From positions 1 to 40,100 of the IMG/VR virus record IMGVR_UViG_3300027764_000011: 40,100 nt of DNA; one strand, given 5' to 3'. The translations under genes and the position numbers were made by a program. This document shows positions 15,848 to 24,859 of this stretch, piece by piece. The stretch comes from a virus. Its lineage: Duplodnaviria; Caudoviricetes. A model generated the notes under the pieces. The model ran no database searches, was not told the origin of the DNA, and saw only the letters and a program-made list of their open reading frames with translations. Each line of letters opens with the position of its first letter. Position 1 is the stretch's first letter.

Positions 15848-18800
15848 ATGAACATGAAACTTTATAGTGGTTGCGTTGAAGATCGTTTCGATCCCTTGAA
15901 ACTTGGGCGTTGTCGCGTTCGTGTTGTTGGTCTACATACCGATGATAAGACTGAGTTGCCAACCAAAGATCTTCCCTGGGCATTTCCCGTACTACCTATC
16001 ACGGAGGCGCGAGTTTCCGGTATCGGTCAATCACCACTTGGTCCGGTTGAGGGTACTTGGATTCTTATCGTATTCAGAGATGATGAACAACAGCAACCCA
16101 TTATGTTGGGTACGCTGGGTGGTGTGCCTCAGTCAAATGAAAGTGCTGGAGAACTTACGATAAAGGAAGTTGAACCGTCAGGCGCAACTGTATCAACATC
16201 AAGCGATTCAAACGTAGATGGTAGCGATCCTAAATCAGAATCAACTACCGCTGAAACAACCACAACGCCAGCAGAAGCCGTTACAGAAAAGGGTAAAATT
16301 GTAGGACCACTTGCCGTACTAATTGCAAAGGGTGAATCTGGTTCAGCTGGTTATAACGCTTTCAATCGTGGGAGCAGCGCACCCAAGGGTACTGGTTCAA
16401 TTGGCGGTCAGAAGTTAGATCTAATCAATACTCCGATTAAAGATATCATGGCTAAACAGGCGTTACCGTCTGGATCGGCTGAGAAACTATTTGCTGTGGG
16501 TAAGTATCAGTGTATTCCAGATACGTTGAAAGCGGCATGTACCGCATTGAACATTGATATCAATAGTAATTTCACTGAGACCACTCAGGATATTATTTGT
16601 CAGGAATATCTAGTTGCTAGAAAGCGACCACCTCTTGTTGCGTATTATAAGGGTTCTGATAAGAATGATGAAACTCTTTTAAAGAATGCCGGAAAGGCTT
16701 TGGCTGCGGAGTTTGCTTCCATTGAAGATCCATACTTTCCTGGGTTCCCATACGGTGGCGAGCAGGGAACTTATTACAGAGTAGGTAAGAATAAAGTCCA
16801 CACAACTTGGGATACAATCAAGCCCATGCTTATCGCTGAGTGGGAATTTAGAAATGGTAAGACTCCAACAGCCACAGCCACTATTGCCGATGGACATAAG
16901 GTAGAGAAGGGTTCAGATTATCAGGGCGTAGCAAAGGCAATTCCCGAGGACACTTCACTCAGTACTCCACCAAGTAAAGATTCCAAGGTAACTCCAATCA
17001 AGGGGCTTCTCCCAACTAAATCATCATCGGGTGGTTTGTTTGGAATAGGCGGTCAATACGCTGGAGTTGTTTCTTCGATCGCGGATAAAACTGGATTGTC
17101 TGGAATTGTTTCTGATATAACTTCAGAGGTTACTGGGGCAATATCAACTATCACTAAAGAAGTGAATGGCGTTGTCACAAGCGTGACCGCTGATATCAAT
17201 ACAGCGATCTCTGATGTAACTTCAGAAGTAAGTTCAGCGTTGAGTGGACTCGGTGATTCTATCGGTGAAGTTGCCACGTCATTAGGGCTTGAGGATTTTG
17301 CGGGGTCTTTATCTGATCTTGCCACAGAATTAGGTTTACCCAACGCAACCCCTGCCGCCATTACAGCCGAGTTAACGAAATTAGCAGGAACTACAGCTGG
17401 TCAAGCGCAAGCAATTTTAAATAAAGTAATTCCCTCTGACTCATTATCAGCGAAGGCTTTACCAGTTGGAGCGAAGAATCCAGACGGAACCATTAGTAAC
17501 GGTACTGGAGTTAATCCAACAAAGGGATTTCAAGATCCAAACGGAACTTACCCAAAGAATAAAGATGAGCCAGATACAAATCGTTTAGCAACTAATAATA
17601 ACATCGGTCCCACGATTGTGCTTCAGAAAGAAGCCGCAATGAAGAGTGGGGTCAAGGTTGCTAATGGAGGAACTTGGGATCAGTCGCCAGTACCTTATAA
17701 CGCACAATACCCCTTCAACCATGTTAAACAAACCGAGTCCGGTCATGTGATGGAGTTTGATGATACTAAGGGTTCTGAGCGGGTTCACATATACCATAAG
17801 GCTGGTTCATTCATCGAGTGGGATGCCAATGGTACTCAGGTAAATAGAATCGTTGGTGACGGATTTGAGATTTATGAACGTAACGGTTACGTCTACGTCA
17901 AGGGCGCATTGAACGTAACGGTTGATGGTGCGTTGAATTTAAGAACTGACAACGTATTCAACCTTGAAGTATCCGGCGCAGCGAATATCAATATCTACAA
18001 CAACGCAAACGTAAACGTATCCGGTGATACTAACCTTGCTGTTGGTGGAGTGTTTAATCTCAAGGCTAATAAAATCAATATTGAATCTGCCGGAGAGTTC
18101 AATATCAAAGCGGCAACTGGGTTGAACTTCCAATCTGGTGCTGACTTGAATATTAAATCTGGGGCAACCACATACATTGACGCTGTGGCTAACTTCAACA
18201 TGTTGGCTGGAGGATCGGCTTTCTTACAGACCACGGAAGATATCAACTTCAAATCGGCGGGTAAATTATTCCTTGACGGTTCGGCATTGAATATGAAATC
18301 ATCGGGCGTTGCTAATATTCAGGCTGCAAGCAAGATGAGTTTATTGGCCACTGGTATTCTGGCTATTGACGCTTCAGTTATTGATATGCAAGACGGTAAT
18401 TCCTCATCTGCTGATAATGCTGCCGCAGCGCAAACAGCCCTTCCTGCGGGTCAGGCTGATATTGAATTGCCGATTGAAACTCGTGGAACATCCGGTGCGT
18501 CGTCAATGCCGGCATTATCGGTTCCTACTAGATCAAGTGAAACTTCCTTTGAGACTCCAACTTCGGGCGGCGCAGCATCGGCTTATATTGCTAATAGAGT
18601 TTCAAATAACGATACAAGTTCAACTTCAATCGCACAACCAAAGGTAGTAACGGAAACCGCAGCACCAAAGGGTTCCTCAGGAGGCGCAGTGACCACGGAT
18701 GACTCGGCAATTAAGAACATGGACTCAGGACAATTTACCGCAGGCATGAAGTTATCAAAGAACTTCACGCTTGGTGATTTGACTAAGGGTGGAGTAAGAA

Positions 18801-19297
18801 TTCCAAAGGTAACTTATAACCTTCCATCAAGACAGGGCGGACCAAAGGATATTACAATCACTCCCCAGCAAATCGTGGCGAACTTGAAGGCTCTCTGTGA
18901 AAATGTATTGGAACCGATTGCTGAAAAATACGGTAAAGATTCTTTCGTGATCACAAGTGGATTCAGACGTGGTTCAACAGGACCAAATGACGCAGGTGAT
19001 TTAGGCTTCAGAGATAAAGCAGGTAACGTAATTCCTGAGTGGGGTGATCACGTAACTGGTTGTGCCGTGGACATTTCGTTCAAGGGTGGTAAGGCTAAGA
19101 CGTTTGAAGTGGTGAAGGATCTTCCAACGCTTCTTAAATCTTGGAATCAGATCATCATGGAATATGATAAGGGTGGCGCAAGTTATTGGTTCCACGTAGC
19201 GTACAAACAAAGCGGAAATGCTGGTCATTGCTTCACTATGAATTCGCATGCTGTGTATGCCGGAACTTTCCCAACAAAAGGATTTGTCTTAGTATAA
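15848..19297 (+). CDS. gp5: baseplate central spike gp5 with lysozyme-like and C-terminal peptidase M15-like domains
   Basis: N-terminal GCVEDR.DPLKLGRCRVRV.G OB domain; GES...YNA...AVGKYQ; YPFNHV..TESGH..EFDDT.G.ER; beta-helix repeats; LSKNFTL...ITSGFR...H..G.AVDI...W.HV. Confidence 0.92.
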   Translation: MNMKLYSGCVEDRFDPLKLGRCRVRVVGLHTDDKTELPTKDLPWAFPVLPITEARVSGIGQSPLGPVEGTWILIVFRDDEQQQPIMLGTLGGVPQSNESAGELTIKEVEPSGATVSTSSDSNVDGSDPKSESTTAETTTTPAEAVTEKGKIVGPLAVLIAKGESGSAGYNAFNRGSSAPKGTGSIGGQKLDLINTPIKDIMAKQALPSGSAEKLFAVGKYQCIPDTLKAACTALNIDINSNFTETTQDIICQEYLVARKRPPLVAYYKGSDKNDETLLKNAGKALAAEFASIEDPYFPGFPYGGEQGTYYRVGKNKVHTTWDTIKPMLIAEWEFRNGKTPTATATIADGHKVEKGSDYQGVAKAIPEDTSLSTPPSKDSKVTPIKGLLPTKSSSGGLFGIGGQYAGVVSSIADKTGLSGIVSDITSEVTGAISTITKEVNGVVTSVTADINTAISDVTSEVSSALSGLGDSIGEVATSLGLEDFAGSLSDLATELGLPNATPAAITAELTKLAGTTAGQAQAILNKVIPSDSLSAKALPVGAKNPDGTISNGTGVNPTKGFQDPNGTYPKNKDEPDTNRLATNNNIGPTIVLQKEAAMKSGVKVANGGTWDQSPVPYNAQYPFNHVKQTESGHVMEFDDTKGSERVHIYHKAGSFIEWDANGTQVNRIVGDGFEIYERNGYVYVKGALNVTVDGALNLRTDNVFNLEVSGAANINIYNNANVNVSGDTNLAVGGVFNLKANKINIESAGEFNIKAATGLNFQSGADLNIKSGATTYIDAVANFNMLAGGSAFLQTTEDINFKSAGKLFLDGSALNMKSSGVANIQAASKMSLLATGILAIDASVIDMQDGNSSSADNAAAAQTALPAGQADIELPIETRGTSGASSMPALSVPTRSSETSFETPTSGGAASAYIANRVSNNDTSSTSIAQPKVVTETAAPKGSSGGAVTTDDSAIKNMDSGQFTAGMKLSKNFTLGDLTKGGVRIPKVTYNLPSRQGGPKDITITPQQIVANLKALCENVLEPIAEKYGKDSFVITSGFRRGSTGPNDAGDLGFRDKAGNVIPEWGDHVTGCAVDISFKGGKAKTFEVVKDLPTLLKSWNQIIMEYDKGGASYWFHVAYKQSGNAGHCFTMNSHAVYAGTFPTKGFVLV

Positions 19298-20034
19298 TGC
19301 CTTGGATATCTACACTCCCGCTATTAGGTACGGTTGGACAGACGCAAACGTTCTCGTTCACCGTACAATATTATGATGAGATCATAACAGAGGGTGCTCC
19401 AACAGAGGGTGGTGCTCCAACGGAATCCACAACGACTCAGGTGTTCCTTCCTGTTAGAATTATTACTCAGCAAACTGATCCAGAAACCGTTATCATAACT
19501 CATGACGATGCTGCGTTATCCGCAACCATATCAGGGTTCTATGGAAATTGTTTCAATGACACTTTACGGGTAATGACTGCGTATGATCCAGGCTCGCCTG
19601 TCAATAACGATAGTTCAGTTGAAGATATTCTTAACAAGATGATGAATGATCAGTGGAATTATATCCAGTCATCAACTGATCCAACTGGTTGGGTGAATAT
19701 ACCTTCCTCCACTCCGGATAACTCTCTGAGCAATACAGAACCAAACGCAACTGATTTAAGATATGCCAATATGGATACCCTAAATACTCCAGCAAAGGGA
19801 GTTTCCGTTTGGGTGAAAGAAAAGGCTTACGAAACAAAACAAGTCATTAAATTTATTCCAGACCCAACTAGATATAGAAGATTTAATTACAGTTGTACAG
19901 CTGGAACAATATCCGGTATCACTCAGAACGTTTCCGCCTCGACAACTAAGTCAATCGACGTGTCAGATAAGAATTGGACTCCAGGAAGGGATGCTTTAAG
20001 GTCAGCCATATTTACTGCGGGGAGTAGAACTTAA
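19297..20034 (+). CDS. gp5-associated hypothetical virion protein
   Basis: TAATG coupling with gp5 gives start MPWIST at 19297; lies between gp5 and PAAR. Confidence 0.75.
   Translation: MPWISTLPLLGTVGQTQTFSFTVQYYDEIITEGAPTEGGAPTESTTTQVFLPVRIITQQTDPETVIITHDDAALSATISGFYGNCFNDTLRVMTAYDPGSPVNNDSSVEDILNKMMNDQWNYIQSSTDPTGWVNIPSSTPDNSLSNTEPNATDLRYANMDTLNTPAKGVSVWVKEKAYETKQVIKFIPDPTRYRRFNYSCTAGTISGITQNVSASTTKSIDVSDKNWTPGRDALRSAIFTAGSRT
19387..19423 (+). repeat. short tandem coding repeat (TEGAP-TEGGAP-TE)
   Basis: acagagggtgctcca acagagggtggtgctcca acgg. Confidence 0.75.
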
Positions 20035-20441
20035 TGTCGGGTATCGCAACGGAAGCAACCACCTCAACTGGCCATGCTTGCTATCCTCCAACTAACGCTA
20101 TTGGTCCTTATGCTCCACCTTATGTGAAGATAAACGGTAGACTGGTTCAGCTCAAGGGTGTTACCATGTATGCGCCTCATAGTTGTGGTGCTAAAAGTCC
20201 AGTACATGCCGGAGTTATGCGTATGGTTGTTGAGGGTGCTCCGTTCGTTACTATAGGCGGAATTGCTGTGGTAAGAATTGGTGATCTAATTTCTTGTGGT
20301 GACGTAGTGGCAGTTGGATCCAAGGATACCTTTGTTGGCAACGGTGGTGGTACTGGTGTATCTACACAAGCCGATGTTGTGGTAACGGGCATGCTTGATA
20401 AGCAATGGCAGTATATTCAGAACGCAACGGAAAAAGTATAA
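20034..20441 (+). CDS. PAAR spike-tip protein (gp5.4-like) with C-terminal extension
   Basis: GHACYPP, H.C...H, RIGD.ISCGD....GS; about 34 extra C-terminal residues. Confidence 0.88.
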   Translation: MSGIATEATTSTGHACYPPTNAIGPYAPPYVKINGRLVQLKGVTMYAPHSCGAKSPVHAGVMRMVVEGAPFVTIGGIAVVRIGDLISCGDVVAVGSKDTFVGNGGGTGVSTQADVVVTGMLDKQWQYIQNATEKV

Positions 20442-23400
20442 TGACAATGCCAAATCTCGTCACTAAAGACGGGCTAGTAAGAAACAACCAATTCACCGGA
20501 GTTGCTCTGGGTGGATACTTGCCTGACGGTGCGGCTTCGTCAGAGGGTATCGCTCTGATGCTCCGCGGAGTTGCTCGCTCTTATGCGGCAACGCTTGATC
20601 CGCAGAAATTAGAGTACGCAAAATTCTTAATGAATGCGATGAACGTTTACTTCGCAAAGAATCATAAGGTTGAAGACTCCACTCTAGATTCCCCTTGGTA
20701 CACGACTTGGTTGGTTAACTCATCAGGACCATTTGCCGTTCGCGGACCAGTTGATAATGATCACCTAGATGGCGGCGGGTATATTGGAAACAACTATCTA
20801 AACTCCAACGTCAATTTTACTTCTGGTGTGGGTACTTTATACCCAGCACCAGACATTGTGTATCAGGTAGCCACCAACGGTTCTGAGTTTGTTTGGCAAA
20901 ACGTTTTCTCTGAAATTGTACCAGGAACTGGAACGAACGTTGACGTTGAATATTACGTCACCAGCGAATTTTGGGTTGATTATGATACAAATCTTCCAAC
21001 AACAAACAACGTTAAAGTTTACGGAACCCAGAAGGGTGGATCATTTGGTCAACCAAGAACTCAAGCGACAAATAATACCTTTGATTACAAGGGTAAGATT
21101 GTATTAAAAGATAAGAGTATAAATGGTGTTTACCTAGTAAACTATTCTGTAAAAATTGATGGTCTAAATGGCAATCCAACGGTTGATCCACTGAATCCCG
21201 CATCTCAACCTATTGCATATGGCGATCCATATGAAGGTTGGCCTATGTGGCGTCACATGGGTGAGAATGAGTTTGCAATTGCAGGCGATGCCTTGCATTG
21301 GATAACCGACGCATTCTATATTCTTAAAGAAGCAGATCCATTTTCTGTTGTTACTCCTACGGCCACCGTAGAAAATCCGAATCCAACTCCAGTACCATTA
21401 TGGCAAACCGCATACGATAGAAGTATTGAGGTATGGAAAGAATGCTGTAATCAAGATAGCAATTCAACTCATATATTCTTAGCTGGATCAAAGGGAGAAT
21501 ATAATAATTTCCCTCTCACCTATTCATACTCCTACGGTAGAACAAATCTTGACGATCCAACCACATCTTGGAATTACCTTAGTGCTGCAAGTTCAGACTT
21601 AAATATTGATGCTGAGTATACCGCTAAACGAACTACAGCGGGTTGGATTCAGTTTGAAACTAAAAATAGAAATGCCGTAATTGGTACTGGCGCAAATATT
21701 CGGTATGGTCTTTCTTTTGAAAACTCACCATTGTTTCTTAACATATTGGCTGGTAGTAGTCTTCAGTTGGCATTATATACAGACCCATCCTCAGTAAGCA
21801 CTAACGTTCTTTGTAGTCTTGAGATTATTGATAACGCTAATATTTCACATATCGCAGTTTCATTGGCTACGAATGGGGCGGGGAAAACTCCCGTAACATT
21901 TAAGAACGTCGCCATGTCTTCGTTCTTGGGATTTCCAACTACCGCTGAAGATACTCTGGAGGTTGGTGTTGACTTTGGCGATTGGTCTACCGATGTTATT
22001 GTAGCACCATCAGATCAATATGTCGTTCCAACGTATAGTGTTGTGGCATTCCCAGGAAGAAAGGTTGCCTTGGTTGGTGATAGTATCACGTACATGAACA
22101 CGTCTTGGTTCAATCCAACGGGTACTGTTGGATCATTCGACTATGAGGAAGAAATTGATATAACCACTGCCGGAGAATATTTCGGTAATTCTGGTAGTGT
22201 CTCTAGTTCTCTTGGTCTCCCAATTAGTGTACCTGCTGGACATTTTGCGAGAGGTGTCACGTACACAATTATAGATAGAGGGAATAGTGAAAATGATCCT
22301 ACTATTCCAGCGAATGTAACAGATTTTATGTTACTCGGTGCGCTCAATAATAATGTTGGAACAACATTTGTAGCGAACGGTTCTGGAGAACCAAAGTATG
22401 GCACTATAAACGTATATCAAACTACTCATGGGCATGCGTCATCGCTTGGTTCTCAATTCAATCCACACAAATTTGGAATTAACGGTTATTATAATATAAC
22501 GAATCTTGGAACAACTGACTGGAATTTCTGCGCAGGAACCACTGGCGTCACATACGCTGTTGGTGATACGTTCTTATGTAAGGCTATTCCTACAATCAGC
22601 GCCACGGCGGGTTGGGCTGAACGTTGCGGATACTATGAATTCTTTGGACATGGTACGGGCGGTTGGTTCACATACACTAATCAATTCCTTGGTCAGCGGT
22701 TACAATTAGAACCATCAAGAGAAGATAGAATGAACGCTGAGACGATCATCCACACAACTGAGACTACTGAATATCCGATATCAAGATACAAGAATGGAAA
22801 CAATTTTGGTATTGCAGGATCAAGGGTTCTTTCATGGGAATTACCTCAACAAGATGTTCTGAATAATAGCGTGTTTGAAACCATGCCCATGTATAACGCA
22901 AGACGTTATATAAATGAATACAGCATAGTCTGCATGCTGGGTGGAACGAACGATATAGCAAGCGGAACTGCTGCTTTGGCTATCTTCAAGAAGTTACGGG
23001 ATTACGTTTACGAATTCGCTGCCGCTGGTAAATGGGTATTCTTACTTACGGTTATGCCTAGAACCAGAGACGGTTTCGGTGGTGCGTTATATCCATCAGC
23101 TGGAGGTAGTTTCTCGGATCAAGATACTAAACGTGATAGAATTTTAGAACTGAATAGAATGCTATGTCAGTGGTTTGATCCTACTGGTACGTCTTACCTT
23201 GGTGTGACTAATGGACGATTCGATGACGGAGTTGATTGGACTCCGGATACATTTATCGTTGGAAATTCTTATAAGATTAGAACAGTTGGAACTACAACGA
23301 ACTGGGAATTACTTGGTGTTGTTGGAATTCCAGCAATAGGGGTTGAATTCACAGTGACATCGGCGTTGGAAACTCCTGGTGATGGAACGGCTTCGGCTCT

Positions 23401-24859
23401 TGGTCCTGCCGCCAGATCAGCAAACGTTTGGTTGACTGATGTGTATGGAGATCTTCTTGGTCCTGCAAATAATTATGATCCAGCTGGACACTTATCTGCC
23501 TCAGAAGCAACTATTGGCGCTACCTATCAAACCGCAGCAACCATAGGTAATTATAAAGCTGGACAGGATGGGGTTGTGTTCTTATATGACGGGCTTCACC
23601 CAGCACCTGGTGGTGCCATGACCATGGGGCGCAAGTTGGCCAATACAATGATCGCTGCAGGCGTGCCTTCTACAAGCGCATTATATCCAACGGGTTCTAA
23701 TTTGATTGGCAACCCAAGTATGACTTGGTCAAATACCGCGAATAAAACTAAACGGGGATATGCTGGAGGAAATGGGGCTCACGCAACTCAAGGACTTGGC
23801 GCTTTGGTGGGTAATGGATATACTTATGGTAATGTTCCAGATTACTGGCATTTTTATAGATCATCTAATACAAAAGCAAATTTAACTTTTAGCAACTTCA
23901 ATCAATATACATGGACGGCATTATCTAGTAAATATCCGGCCATGCTTGAGTACATGAACGACAGTACTTGGGCTGATGGTAACGTGACGATGAATACTAT
24001 TATGGTAGATCCAGTGACCATGGTTGTATCAACAGCGTTGAATGCTGTGAGTGCGTTACAGATAACGGTAAACATGCCGCAGGGAACTAATAGGAATCAG
24101 GCATTTTTATTAAAGACGTTTATACCTAATGCTAGAGAGGGTAATTGGAACAATTATTTTTATGATACTACCGATTCTGCAGCAGCAACTGCTGCAGTTA
24201 ATGCAGCAAATGCTCTTTGGTATTCTGTTGAACCTTTCGGATCATTAGTTTCAGATTCAGATAAAGCTACTGCCAACGCTTGGGCATTAACATTAGCTGG
24301 GTTTGCGCCTACTCCTGGCGCTAATGCTTATGCCCAATATCAAGGATATCTTGCTAAATTGTCTGAGTTGACAAATACATCATATGTTAAAGGAGATGAA
24401 TTATTTGGTACTGCTGAAGTTAAATATACTGGTATGAAGAATCTATACACGTGGAGATTAGCTTTAGAATTCCTTTCGGTTAGTAAAACTCCTAGTTCTG
24501 AAGGCGAAAGCGTTACTTCTGGGGCACCCATGTCAACATATGCAAATCACATGTTATTTTGGCCTCCAACAAATATTTCTAAGATATCAATGCCACCTTC
24601 ACCAGATGGAGTTTTGACCATGAGAACCCCTGCCGTAAAAGCCCCATATCAGGCTTCGAATGAAAACGATTATTATGCTCAATTAGTTTTCGCATTCGCC
24701 TTTGATCAAACAAGAAGTGCTGATGGTGGAAAGGGTACAATTATAATAAAAAATCCAGGGGTTTATAAGACCACAACTCCGGTATTTTATCCAACTCCAA
24801 CGCCATCGGCGATCACGTTCGATAATACAATCATAACACTTCCAAGCGTATCAATATAA
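20441..24859 (+). CDS. large multidomain virion protein: GH8-like N-half plus SGNH/GDSL esterase with inserted modules
   Basis: SSEGIALML and AGDALHW are GH8-like helical motifs. SGNH blocks GDS (22076), NFGIAG, GGTND, DGLHP (23588). Start placed at the TAATG overlap. Confidence 0.7.
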   Translation: MTMPNLVTKDGLVRNNQFTGVALGGYLPDGAASSEGIALMLRGVARSYAATLDPQKLEYAKFLMNAMNVYFAKNHKVEDSTLDSPWYTTWLVNSSGPFAVRGPVDNDHLDGGGYIGNNYLNSNVNFTSGVGTLYPAPDIVYQVATNGSEFVWQNVFSEIVPGTGTNVDVEYYVTSEFWVDYDTNLPTTNNVKVYGTQKGGSFGQPRTQATNNTFDYKGKIVLKDKSINGVYLVNYSVKIDGLNGNPTVDPLNPASQPIAYGDPYEGWPMWRHMGENEFAIAGDALHWITDAFYILKEADPFSVVTPTATVENPNPTPVPLWQTAYDRSIEVWKECCNQDSNSTHIFLAGSKGEYNNFPLTYSYSYGRTNLDDPTTSWNYLSAASSDLNIDAEYTAKRTTAGWIQFETKNRNAVIGTGANIRYGLSFENSPLFLNILAGSSLQLALYTDPSSVSTNVLCSLEIIDNANISHIAVSLATNGAGKTPVTFKNVAMSSFLGFPTTAEDTLEVGVDFGDWSTDVIVAPSDQYVVPTYSVVAFPGRKVALVGDSITYMNTSWFNPTGTVGSFDYEEEIDITTAGEYFGNSGSVSSSLGLPISVPAGHFARGVTYTIIDRGNSENDPTIPANVTDFMLLGALNNNVGTTFVANGSGEPKYGTINVYQTTHGHASSLGSQFNPHKFGINGYYNITNLGTTDWNFCAGTTGVTYAVGDTFLCKAIPTISATAGWAERCGYYEFFGHGTGGWFTYTNQFLGQRLQLEPSREDRMNAETIIHTTETTEYPISRYKNGNNFGIAGSRVLSWELPQQDVLNNSVFETMPMYNARRYINEYSIVCMLGGTNDIASGTAALAIFKKLRDYVYEFAAAGKWVFLLTVMPRTRDGFGGALYPSAGGSFSDQDTKRDRILELNRMLCQWFDPTGTSYLGVTNGRFDDGVDWTPDTFIVGNSYKIRTVGTTTNWELLGVVGIPAIGVEFTVTSALETPGDGTASALGPAARSANVWLTDVYGDLLGPANNYDPAGHLSASEATIGATYQTAATIGNYKAGQDGVVFLYDGLHPAPGGAMTMGRKLANTMIAAGVPSTSALYPTGSNLIGNPSMTWSNTANKTKRGYAGGNGAHATQGLGALVGNGYTYGNVPDYWHFYRSSNTKANLTFSNFNQYTWTALSSKYPAMLEYMNDSTWADGNVTMNTIMVDPVTMVVSTALNAVSALQITVNMPQGTNRNQAFLLKTFIPNAREGNWNNYFYDTTDSAAATAAVNAANALWYSVEPFGSLVSDSDKATANAWALTLAGFAPTPGANAYAQYQGYLAKLSELTNTSYVKGDELFGTAEVKYTGMKNLYTWRLALEFLSVSKTPSSEGESVTSGAPMSTYANHMLFWPPTNISKISMPPSPDGVLTMRTPAVKAPYQASNENDYYAQLVFAFAFDQTRSADGGKGTIIIKNPGVYKTTTPVFYPTPTPSAITFDNTIITLPSVSI

